32,000 bases of DNA from Faecalibaculum rodentium (GCF_001564455.1 NZ_CP011391.1:330001-362000); one strand, 5' to 3'. Positions 16,656-24,171 are shown, counted from the first letter of the stretch. Numbers and translations: made by a program. Notes: a model not told the origin generated them from the letters alone.

Positions 16656-16717
16656 ATCCTTCGCTCCTTTCTTCCCGGGCCAAAAAAAAGAGCCGTCGGG
16701 CTTTCTTTCTCTTTCAT
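16652..16717 (-). promoter_or_regulatory. candidate leader peptide uORF (21 codons) with an embedded terminator-like hairpin plus U8, overlapping the MATE start
   Basis: GAGG (16727-16724) lies 6 nt before ATG 16717. Product MKEKESPTALFFGPGRKERRI. Hairpin AGCC-CGAC-GGCT (16702-16691) then C and T8 (16689-16682). Stop TGA (16654-16652) overlaps the TTG start (16655-16653). Confidence 0.4.
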
Positions 16718-16935
16718 TTTACACCTCAGTCCGGGATTGGAGAACGGGCTTTCGTGCCAATGTTCCCGGATTTACTGTGGTTGCTGCCTGTAGCAGGATG
16801 CAGGGATCAGGCAGGTCCCTGCCTGAGGGCTGAGCGGCCATCGGCAGGAGAGGGCAGAAAATAAGACGCGGACAGGTGAATCTTTTCACAACCTGTGCTA
16901 TCATGCAGTGGTACAGATTTAAAGGAAGGTGCAGT

Positions 16936-17421
16936 ATGTTAGACAACAACGAAATCGGGATCTTTATCCGTCTGGTAGATGCAGGAGGCAAGACCGCAAA
17001 GGAGATCGCAGAAATGTACAGAACGAGTGCGGCAAAGGATCCCCTGGGACGAGTGGCATTCTGCACAGATGCAGAAGCGGATCCCCGCCTCGCCGACCGA
17101 TTCAACCAGGCCATCCTGGCTTATGAAGGCGATTACGGTGAATACGAATACATCATTGGCGACATCATTGACACAGACCTGGCGTATGACCCGGATGCTC
17201 CCAAGGGATTCAAGCGAAAGATCATGGGTGCATTTTCCGATCTGCTGCCCAGGGAATTCGAAAGGGAAATGAAGAGCACCTGGCTGCTGCTGAACAATCT
17301 GCGCGATCTGGATGCAGAGGAGGCAGCGGGTATGCAGTGTGTATTGTCCAATGAACTGTCGGCTCCCGCAGACCTGCTGGACAACCGTGCTGCGAGCGTG
17401 AACTTCACGTATTTCGTATAA
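16936..17421 (+). CDS. hypothetical acidic cytoplasmic protein (161 aa)
   Basis: ATG 16936 after AAAGGAAGG. No motif recognised. Followed by a strong bidirectional terminator. Confidence 0.6.
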   Translation: MLDNNEIGIFIRLVDAGGKTAKEIAEMYRTSAAKDPLGRVAFCTDAEADPRLADRFNQAILAYEGDYGEYEYIIGDIIDTDLAYDPDAPKGFKRKIMGAFSDLLPREFEREMKSTWLLLNNLRDLDAEEAAGMQCVLSNELSAPADLLDNRAASVNFTYFV

Positions 17422-17505
17422 GCGGCTTTGGATCTGTTCCGCCGGTGGACCGGAGCGGTCACGGACAGAGACCGGAACCGGACAGGGATTACAAGTCAAT
17501 ACAAT

Positions 17506-17545
17506 GAAAAAATGCCCGGGACTGAATCCAGTTTCGGGCATTTGA
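17506..17545. terminator. bidirectional terminator between convergent genes
   Basis: A6, then ATGCCCG..(inner stem ACTG/CAGT)..CGGGCAT, then TTTGATAT. Confidence 0.75.
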
Positions 17546-17615
17546 TATCGCCGGCAAAGCCGGGAGAGCCGCCTGCCAGACACCATCGGGCTGGTCAGCC
17601 TGCCACCGGCATCTG

Positions 17616-18647
17616 TCAGAGAGACTCGTAAATGTCGTAAATCAGCTGTTCGGTATCTTCCCATCCCAGGCAGGGGTCGGTGATGGACAGCCCCGGTTCG
17701 TAGTTCTCGCAGATGTCCTGTCGGCCTTCCTTGAGATAGGACTCGATCATGAGGCCCTTCACCAGTTTCCGGATCTCCGGGTCATATTTGCGGGAGTGCA
17801 TGACTTCCTTGGCGATCCGGATCTGTTCCCTGTATTGTTTTCCGGAATTGTAGTGATTGCAGTCCACGATCACCGCCGGATTGGCCAGACTGGTCTTTTT
17901 ATATTCCCGCTGCAGGCGCTTCAGGTCTTCGTAGTGGTAGTTGGGAATGGCATTCCCCAGCTTGTCCACACCCCCGCGAAGAATGGTATGAGTCAGCGGA
18001 TTGCCCGGTGTGGAGACGTGGAACATCCGGTGAATGAAGCTCTGGGGGGCCTGGGCGGCGATGACGGAATTGATCATCACAGACAGATCCCCGGAAGTGG
18101 GGTTTTTCATCCCGACGGGAATGTCCGCTCCGGATGCCACCAGACGATGCTGCTGGTTCTCCACCGACCGCGCACCCACGGCTTCATAGGCCAGGACATC
18201 GTCAAAGTAGTCCCGGTTGCTGGGATACAGCATTTCATCCGCGGCGGACAGACCGGTCTCTTCCAGGATGCGCAGGTGCATCCTGCGGATCGAGACGATG
18301 CCGGAAAGCAGGTCGGGTTTGCTGTTGGGATCCGGCTGATGCAGCATGCCTTTGTAGCCTTCACCCGTGGTGCGGGGTTTGTTTGTATAGACCCGGGGGA
18401 TGATGAACAGCTTGTCCTGGACTTTTTCGTTCACGTCCTTCAGGCGGCGGACATACTCCGTCACACTGTCTTCGCTGTCTGCCGAGCAGGGGCCGACAAT
18501 GAGGATGAATTTGTCGCTGCGGCCCTCGAAGATATCCCGCAGTTCCTGATCCCGCACAGCTTTCTGAGCCGCCAGTGCGGGTGAGAGAGGATAGAGCTCC
18601 TTGAGGACATCCGGAGAGGGCAGCTCCTGGTGAATGGTGAATGACAT
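17616..18647 (-). CDS. 3-deoxy-7-phosphoheptulonate (DAHP) synthase, class I
   Basis: Motifs ILIVGPCSADSE, RVYTNKPRTTGEGYKGMLHQPDP and VDCNH. Length of 343 aa is typical of AroF/G/H-type enzymes. Confidence 0.9.
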   Translation of the reverse strand: MSFTIHQELPSPDVLKELYPLSPALAAQKAVRDQELRDIFEGRSDKFILIVGPCSADSEDSVTEYVRRLKDVNEKVQDKLFIIPRVYTNKPRTTGEGYKGMLHQPDPNSKPDLLSGIVSIRRMHLRILEETGLSAADEMLYPSNRDYFDDVLAYEAVGARSVENQQHRLVASGADIPVGMKNPTSGDLSVMINSVIAAQAPQSFIHRMFHVSTPGNPLTHTILRGGVDKLGNAIPNYHYEDLKRLQREYKKTSLANPAVIVDCNHYNSGKQYREQIRIAKEVMHSRKYDPEIRKLVKGLMIESYLKEGRQDICENYEPGLSITDPCLGWEDTEQLIYDIYESL

Positions 18648-18686
18648 GACATGACTCCTTCCCTGGTGATATTTGTGTACCTGCGC

Positions 18687-18695
18687 ATTATATCA
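18687..18695 (-). promoter_or_regulatory. extended -10 (TGaTATAAT) candidate promoter of the DAHP synthase gene
   Basis: Minus strand TGATATAAT about 40 nt upstream of the ATG. No clear -35. Confidence 0.45.
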
Positions 18696-18771
18696 TGCCG
18701 GTCAAAGCTCTGGTTTTTTGCCTGCGATTGTATTCTGGGACATAAGATAATTGAGTGTGTACACTGAAGGC

Positions 18772-19254
18772 ATGAGAATCATTGCCGCAGCCGGAGATCT
18801 GCAGGAACCTGGCTGCATGAAAGAACTGGGACAGGATACTGCCGGAGGGACCCTGTATCTGCAGTCCGGTCCCTGGCAGCCGCTGCAGCCCGAATGGTGC
18901 ATGGCTGCCCCCGGCAGCATCCTGAATCTGGAGGGACACCGGATCCTGGTCGCTCCGGAGCGACCAGGGCTGATGGACATGGCCCGCCAGGCTGCAGCCC
19001 TGCACTGCGATGTGCTCCTGCGGACAGGCGGTTATGTGGCCTGGTGTCTGGAACTGGAAGGGGTGCTGGTGGTGGATCCGGGCAATATCCGGCATTCAGC
19101 CAACTGCATGCCCCCCAGTTTCGCCTGTCTGGAACTCGACGCCGGACGACAGCCGGCCTGTACCATCCAGTGGCTCAAGGGCATCCCGCACGGCGAGAAA
19201 AGCCGGTTCCAGTCTGTCCAGGGCCACAGACGCAAAGGACAGCCGGATTCCTGA
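18772..19254 (+). CDS. degenerate YfcE/MJ0936-like phosphoesterase homologue lacking the metal-binding residues (possibly a pseudoenzyme or decaying gene)
   Basis: MRIIAAAGDL... and DVLLRTGGYVAWCLELEGVLVVDPGNI align by eye with MKIGVISDTH... and DVVIYGHTHERVFEEVDDVLVINPGEC of the MJ0936 family, but every His/Asp ligand is replaced. Weak SD. The 3' end overlaps the MocR gene. Confidence 0.4.
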   Translation: MRIIAAAGDLQEPGCMKELGQDTAGGTLYLQSGPWQPLQPEWCMAAPGSILNLEGHRILVAPERPGLMDMARQAAALHCDVLLRTGGYVAWCLELEGVLVVDPGNIRHSANCMPPSFACLELDAGRQPACTIQWLKGIPHGEKSRFQSVQGHRRKGQPDS

Positions 19255-20406
19255 GGCAGTGCGGGTGCATCCGAATTCCGGCGGGAGGGTCCAGCCGGCT
19301 ATCTCCACACAGAGATAGGCTTCATCCAGCAGGACGGGATATCCCTCCAGGATGGACAGTGCAGTCTGACAGCGGTGCCTGTACTGGCGGTTCAGCCGTC
19401 GGACATGCCGTTCCAGTCCGCCGGAAGAGATGTAACGGGCCAGGGCCAACTGCTCGATCCGGGAGGCCATGGGTGCATAGAGTCCGGGATCGAATCGTTT
19501 CATCAGCCAGGGCGGCAGCACCATGCACGACAGCCGGATGGAGGGAAGAAGCACCCGGGAAAACGATCCGATGTAGACCGACTGCGGCAGCCTGCTGGAC
19601 AGGGCGTTGCGGGCTCCCGAGACATAGGTGAGTTCGCCGTTGTAGTCGTCCTCGATCACGAACAGATTCCGGTACAGGTCCTGTCTGGCGCGCAGGGCCT
19701 TTTTTTTCGTTCCGGTACAGGCTGTGGTCAGGTACAGACAGTCAAAGGGCTTTTTCAGTTCCTCTGGCAGCGGTCCATCTGCATCGCTTTCCAGTTCCAG
19801 GATGGTCCATCCCGCCTGTTCAAAGGCCTGTCGGGCGAGAACAGGTGCATGGTGTTCCATGGCCACGGTCTGCCGGGGCCCGACAAGGGTGGTGAGAATG
19901 AACAGCAGGGTCTGGTAACTCGGACCAACCAGGATGGAATCAGGATCTGTGCGCAGTCTTCGAAGGCGGTAGAGATAGTCCGTCAGTGCCGTGCGCAGGG
20001 GACGATCCCCCCGGCTGTCTCCGTAACTGGCAAGGCCGTCACTGTCTTCCAGTGTTTCCCTCAGACAGCGTTTCCAGAGCTTCATGTCAAACAATTCGGG
20101 GTGGATGGTGTTGGTCTGCAGATTCCAGAGGGGTACAGGTACAGGCGCCGGGGACCGGGGTGCAGTCTGCCGGGCGGGGTTCCGAGGCACGATGTCGCTT
20201 ACAAAGCAGCCGGACTGAGGGACAGTGCGGACCAGCCCTTCCTCCTGCAGAAGCGCAAGAGTATGTTCGACGGTGGTCTGGGAGAGGCCGCTGCGCCGGA
20301 CGAGTTCCCGGATGGAGGGCAGCCGCTGTCCCGGCTGAAGCGCCCCGCTTTGTATGTCGTGATACAGCGTGTCATACAGCTGCAGGTACTTTTTGGTGTG
20401 TTTCAT
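19096..20406 (-). CDS. MocR/GabR/PdxR-type GntR-family regulator (wHTH plus aminotransferase class I/II-like domain)
   Basis: Start at ATG 20406: MKHTKKYLQLYDTLYHDIQSGALQPGQRLPSIRELVRRSGLSQTTVEHTLALLQEEGLV (GntR wHTH). Followed by a long linker and a fold-type I aminotransferase-like body. The upstream 251 codons of the 687-aa track ORF are antisense to the ECF gene. Confidence 0.85.
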   Translation of the reverse strand: MKHTKKYLQLYDTLYHDIQSGALQPGQRLPSIRELVRRSGLSQTTVEHTLALLQEEGLVRTVPQSGCFVSDIVPRNPARQTAPRSPAPVPVPLWNLQTNTIHPELFDMKLWKRCLRETLEDSDGLASYGDSRGDRPLRTALTDYLYRLRRLRTDPDSILVGPSYQTLLFILTTLVGPRQTVAMEHHAPVLARQAFEQAGWTILELESDADGPLPEELKKPFDCLYLTTACTGTKKKALRARQDLYRNLFVIEDDYNGELTYVSGARNALSSRLPQSVYIGSFSRVLLPSIRLSCMVLPPWLMKRFDPGLYAPMASRIEQLALARYISSGGLERHVRRLNRQYRHRCQTALSILEGYPVLLDEAYLCVEIAGWTLPPEFGCTRTASGIRLSFASVALDRLEPAFLAVRDALEPLDGTGRLSSGVEFQTGETGGHAVG

Positions 20407-20502
20407 GCCATAAGCATAAACTGTCCCCTGAAAATATACAAAATCTGTCTGTTTTTTCGGTGACAGAAGAGGGGTATCATCCCTGACATGGAGGTACCCT
20501 GT

Positions 20503-21015
20503 ATGAAACAGAACATAACGATCCAGGATATGGTCCTGACGGCCCTTGGCATGGCGCTTGTGTTTGTGGCCACGATGTATATCAAAATCCCCAATGCCCT
20601 GGATGGATATTTCAATCTTGGTGACGGCTTTGTCCTGCTGTTTGCATCTTTCCTGAGTCCCGGCCTCAGTTTCCTGGCCGGGGGGCTGGGGTCTGCCCTG
20701 GCAGATGTGGCCGGTGGCTATGCCTATTATTTCTTTCCGACGCTGCTGATCAAAGGCCTGGAAGCCGTGGCCGTCAGCTGCCTGATCCGCCGGTATGGCG
20801 AGAAGGCCAGGATCCCGGCTTATCTGCTGGGGTCCGTGATCATGGTGACGGGATACTTTCTGGCAAAGTGGTACCTGAAAGGGAACATGATGGTGGCTGC
20901 AGCCGGTATTCCGGAAAACATTCTGCAGTCCGCTGCCGGTGTGGCCATCGCGATTGTGGCCTGTCCGCTGATCCGGCGCTCTCTGGCGAGAAGCCGGGCA
21001 CATTCGACAGTCTGA
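20503..21015 (+). CDS. ECF transporter S-component-like membrane protein (ECF_trnsprt/DUF3816-type)
   Basis: ATG 20503 lies 8 nt after GGAGG. 170 aa with 5-6 TM segments. GYFNLGDGFVLLFASFLSPG...GGLGSALADVAGGY...PTLLIKG matches the S-component pattern I recall. Confidence 0.7.
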   Translation: MKQNITIQDMVLTALGMALVFVATMYIKIPNALDGYFNLGDGFVLLFASFLSPGLSFLAGGLGSALADVAGGYAYYFFPTLLIKGLEAVAVSCLIRRYGEKARIPAYLLGSVIMVTGYFLAKWYLKGNMMVAAAGIPENILQSAAGVAIAIVACPLIRRSLARSRAHSTV

Positions 21016-21281
21016 GCCATCTGAACCAGCAACAGACTGTACAGAAACTCCTGAAAACGGCAGTGCCTGCAGACGTTCTGGGTACAAAACTGGGTACAGT
21101 TTTTCCAGAAACAGAAAAACCGGCTGTTTCCGGCTGATATTCGGGCAGCTTTTACGCAAACAACCCGCCAGTCTGTGAGAATGACGGGTTGTCTGTTGCG
21201 CAAATCATGAGAAAAGGCGCCGTCGCGCCTGATCTCAGATATGCTCAATAGGAGGAAGGATGAAAGCTGAACATCTTGCTT

Positions 21282-21341
21282 TCTGATTCCATGATACGAA
21301 TCCGAGGTTGATTCGTCATCTTAAACGCTCAGATTTTTTTT
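21282..21341 (+). terminator. intrinsic-terminator-like compound hairpin plus T8 in an orphan intergenic region
   Basis: Outer stem TCTGA (21282-21286) / TCAGA (21329-21333). Inner stems ATG/CAT and ACGAATC (21296-21302) / GATTCGT (21310-21316). Followed by T8 (21334-21341). Confidence 0.5.
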
Positions 21342-21425
21342 GAAATCCTATTGACAAATCAAATGTTTCGTGAAACGAAATTGACTCCGGTAAGCTTTAG
21401 CGCCCCACCGACCAGCCGATGACCA

Positions 21426-21671
21426 TCAGCCAAGCACATGAACAGCATAGCAGCAGACGGGAATCACAGGGATATCCTGATTTTCGGCCTCCTGTGCCAC
21501 CATCAGCACGAGCTGTCTGGCAATGCCTTGTCCGCCCCAGGTGGGATCGACTTCCGTGTGCGTGATCGCCCAGGCGCCGTTTCTGTCCACATAGTCGCAT
21601 TCTCCAATGCAGCTGGAGCCGTCATATGCTGCACTGCGGTGCAGTTCCGGTTCAAATCTGTATTCAATCAT
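21426..21671 (-). CDS. small GNAT-like acetyltransferase (YjdJ/Acetyltransf_CG type), possibly C-terminally short
   Basis: 81 aa; SD GGGAG lies 6 nt upstream. ITHTEVDPTWGGQGIARQLVLMV...IPVIPVCCYA resembles EHTDVDESLKGQGIGKQLV...IIPLCPFA of YjdJ-type proteins. It ends about 10 aa earlier than I would expect. Confidence 0.6.
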   Translation of the reverse strand: MIEYRFEPELHRSAAYDGSSCIGECDYVDRNGAWAITHTEVDPTWGGQGIARQLVLMVAQEAENQDIPVIPVCCYAVHVLG

Positions 21672-21876
21672 GGTGTTCTCCCTTGCGGATGCCGGTGTGC
21701 ATCCATTCCTTTTCAGTATAGCCGCCCTGAAACAAAGAGTGTTGCAGAATGCCGCGGATCCGAAGGCGGAAAAGGTGGAAACAGAATGTCTCCTGTTTTT
21801 CTTTGCAGTCCCTGTCTGGTACTGTCAGAGGCAGTGAAGGATGCCTGGTCAGACGGCATCCGGAAAGGAGCAGACC

Positions 21877-22365
21877 GTGAAACAGAAATACGACTATGCA
21901 GAGAAGCTGATGAAACGAAAATACAAAGAGGAACTGGGGCGGGAAACCGATATGCACCGGCTGTCCTTCGAAATCCAGCTTGTGAGTGTCCTGCTCCTGA
22001 TTGCATCGCTGTGTCTTCTCAGACTCAGTCTGCCCCTGCATCTTCCCTGGCTGTTCACCCTGCTGGCGGCTTCCATTGTGACGGGACTGTTCCTGGCTTC
22101 CATGGTCACTGCATCCGTTACCCGGCTGTGGCCGCGGATCACCGGATTTCCCGACTGCACAGCCCTGCGCAGCCGCCTGGATGTGGCACCGGCACCCGAG
22201 GGACATTTTGACGAGTTTATGGACATGATGGACGAAGCCGCATCCCTGGCACAGCGCAGCCTGAAGCAGCAAAGAGCCATTCTCATGGCCGCACAGATCT
22301 GCCAGTATCTGGCCATTGCCTGCCTGATGGCGGCTTTTGTCACCGGCCTGTGTCTCTGGCTGTAG
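21877..22365 (+). CDS. hypothetical membrane protein (3 predicted TM segments)
   Basis: I prefer GTG 21877, 6 nt after AAAGGAG, to ATG 21841. Basic N-terminus, two adjacent TM helices, a helical acidic segment and a C-terminal TM. Confidence 0.55.
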   Translation: MKQKYDYAEKLMKRKYKEELGRETDMHRLSFEIQLVSVLLLIASLCLLRLSLPLHLPWLFTLLAASIVTGLFLASMVTASVTRLWPRITGFPDCTALRSRLDVAPAPEGHFDEFMDMMDEAASLAQRSLKQQRAILMAAQICQYLAIACLMAAFVTGLCLWL

Positions 22366-22387
22366 GGCCGGAACAGCGAAATACAGA

Positions 22388-22406
22388 TCCGGTCACCAGG
22401 ACCGGA
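22388..22406. terminator. hairpin between convergent genes (no U-tract)
   Basis: TCCGGTC-accag-GACCGGA is the only structure in the 59-bp convergent gap. It lacks T-runs on either side. Confidence 0.25.
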
Positions 22407-22424
22407 CCTGCAGGTTGCACTCTT

Positions 22425-24062
22425 TCAGCCGATGAACTCCCGCAGCAGGGAGTTTTTTGGTATATCCTCGGAAGAAATGCCCAGGAAATAGTCCAGGAAT
22501 TTCAGCAGCCGCCTGGCTTCTTCGTAATGCAGGGACGAAGGCTGGATATCAAACAGCAGCGGCTCGGCATACTGCTTCAGCACCGCCAGTTCATAGACAC
22601 AGGCACTGTTGAAGAAGACATCGGCGTTTTCCTGGAACGGCAGGATGTTGACTTCTTCTCCCGTCCGGACAGCCGGCCACATCTCCATGGTCTGTTCTGC
22701 GCTGTAGCCGCGGGTACGGGCATCCCGCACGATGCGCCTCAGCAGACGTCCGTCCTCCGGGGGGATGGGGTTGTGCTGGTCGATTGCCAGCTGGGTGAGG
22801 GCACTGATATAAATACGGAACTGCTTCTCCGGCAAAATGGCCGCCGCCATGCGGGGGTTGAGGGCGTGAATGCCTTCGATCACCAGCACATCCCCTTCGT
22901 TCATGCGCAGGATCCGCCCATGGTATTCCCGTTTCCCCAGAAGGAAGTTGTAGACAGGCATCATCACCGGCTGCCCGGCCAGCAGGTCCTCCAGGTCCCG
23001 GTTGAGCTGGTCCAGGTCCACTGCCTCGAGGGACTCGAAATCATAGCTTCCATCCGGCAGCCGCGGGGAGTCTTCCCGGTTTTTGAACCAGTCATCCACG
23101 GAAAGCTGCACCGGGTTCAGCCCCAGTGCCTGGAGCTGGACACAAAGCCGTTTTGCGAATGTGGTCTTGGAAGAGGAACTCGGTCCGGCAATCATGACGA
23201 TCCGCCGGTTTCCATCCGAGGCAATGGATTCGGCGATCTGGCCGATTTTCTTTTCCTGCAGGGCTTCCTGGATGCCGATCAGTGTCGATGCCTGGCCCTT
23301 GCAGATCCAGCCGTTGAGATCCGCCACGTCCTCGCAGTCCAGTTTCTGCGCCCAGATATGGGACTCCCGCAGGGTGGCGTACTCCTTTTCATGTGCAGCC
23401 GGATCGAATACAGTCTCTTCCTGTGTGCGGGGGATCTGCAGGAAGAACCCGTCATCCCAGGGAATCAGCCGGAAGTTTTTCACATACCCGGCATCTGGCG
23501 CCATATGACCGTAGAAATAGTCCACGAAATTGCCCAGGGAGTAGATGTGCACAGTCCCGGACAGTCGGTAGCGGAACAAACGGGCCTTGGAATCCATCCG
23601 GTATCGGGAGAATTCCTGGATGGCCTCCTGTGTCAGGACCCGTCGGCGGTGGATGGGGTAGCGGTTCTGTGCGTATTCCTGCATTCTGCGGGCCACACCC
23701 TCCAGCAGCTGTTCATCCAGTTGAAAGTGTCCGGCGGGCCGGACAAACAGCGCGTCCTGGATCTGGAAGTCCACGGTGATGGTTCGCACATTGCTGCGGC
23801 CAGCCTGTGCAAAAAAGGCCTTCAGCATGGAGAAAATCGTCGTCCTCACCAGTGCCATCCGGCCTGTGGGGTCCTCTGTGGTGATGAAGCGGATGCTGGT
23901 GTCAGCCTGGACTGACTTTCCCAGTTCCATGAGTTTGCCGTCCACGGCTGCCAGAATGATCGGCGCCAGCCGGTACTGATCAGGGTGTTCTTTCATGGCC
24001 CGCATCGCGAGGTCCTGCAGCGTAAACCTTGTATCAGGGGCAGAGTTGTGTTCTTTGTTCAT
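22425..24062 (-). CDS. long uridine kinase/phosphoribulokinase-family nucleoside kinase-like protein with an about 270-aa N-terminal extension
   Basis: C-terminal half: IAGPSSSSKTTFAKRL (Walker A variant), VDDWF, VLVIEGIHALNP and LLRRIVRDARTRG, as in Udk/PRK family proteins. Confidence 0.8.
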   Translation of the reverse strand: MNKEHNSAPDTRFTLQDLAMRAMKEHPDQYRLAPIILAAVDGKLMELGKSVQADTSIRFITTEDPTGRMALVRTTIFSMLKAFFAQAGRSNVRTITVDFQIQDALFVRPAGHFQLDEQLLEGVARRMQEYAQNRYPIHRRRVLTQEAIQEFSRYRMDSKARLFRYRLSGTVHIYSLGNFVDYFYGHMAPDAGYVKNFRLIPWDDGFFLQIPRTQEETVFDPAAHEKEYATLRESHIWAQKLDCEDVADLNGWICKGQASTLIGIQEALQEKKIGQIAESIASDGNRRIVMIAGPSSSSKTTFAKRLCVQLQALGLNPVQLSVDDWFKNREDSPRLPDGSYDFESLEAVDLDQLNRDLEDLLAGQPVMMPVYNFLLGKREYHGRILRMNEGDVLVIEGIHALNPRMAAAILPEKQFRIYISALTQLAIDQHNPIPPEDGRLLRRIVRDARTRGYSAEQTMEMWPAVRTGEEVNILPFQENADVFFNSACVYELAVLKQYAEPLLFDIQPSSLHYEEARRLLKFLDYFLGISSEDIPKNSLLREFIG

Positions 24063-24068
24063 GTCCTG

Positions 24069-24077
24069 ACTGTATCA
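24069..24077 (-). promoter_or_regulatory. extended -10 (TGaTACAGT) ending 6 nt before the kinase ATG; candidate leaderless promoter
   Basis: Minus strand TGATACAGT-caggac-ATG. No SD between the promoter element and the start codon. Confidence 0.4.
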
Positions 24078-24165
24078 CAGCCATCAGCACACATTCTCTT
24101 GTTTGGCCTGCTTCAGTCCGCCAAATTGCCGGGCAGTCAGGGAACCCAAACCCCGTCGGGCACAC

Positions 24166-24171
24166 TATAAT
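24166..24171 (+). promoter_or_regulatory. -10 hexamer TATAAT upstream of the 24198 gene
   Basis: Perfect TATAAT 26 nt upstream of the ATG. No clear -35. Confidence 0.4.

Noticed and set aside
17796-18584. 262-aa plus-strand ORF opposite the DAHP synthase gene
   Set aside because: Antisense shadow of a clearly recognisable class I DAHP synthase.
19375-20463. 362-aa plus-strand ORF opposite the MocR regulator gene
   Set aside because: Antisense shadow. The minus strand encodes the GntR wHTH and the aminotransferase-like domain.
20407-21159. N-terminal 251 codons of the 687-aa minus-strand ORF 19096..21159
   Set aside because: This part is antisense to the ECF S-component gene and has shadow composition. 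The GntR HTH begins at the Met encoded at 20406, giving a normal-length MocR protein of about 436 aa.
21877-22365. Possible SLATT/DUF4231-type 2TM effector next to a GNAT and a nucleoside-kinase-like gene (conflict-system flavour)
   Set aside because: The resemblance is limited to a basic N-terminal helix followed by two TM segments. There is a third C-terminal TM, and no partner nucleotidyltransferase or TIR gene is present. This is too weak to call.
22350-23915. 521-aa plus-strand ORF opposite the uridine-kinase-like gene
   Set aside because: Antisense shadow. The minus strand shows the Walker A and Udk/PRK motifs.
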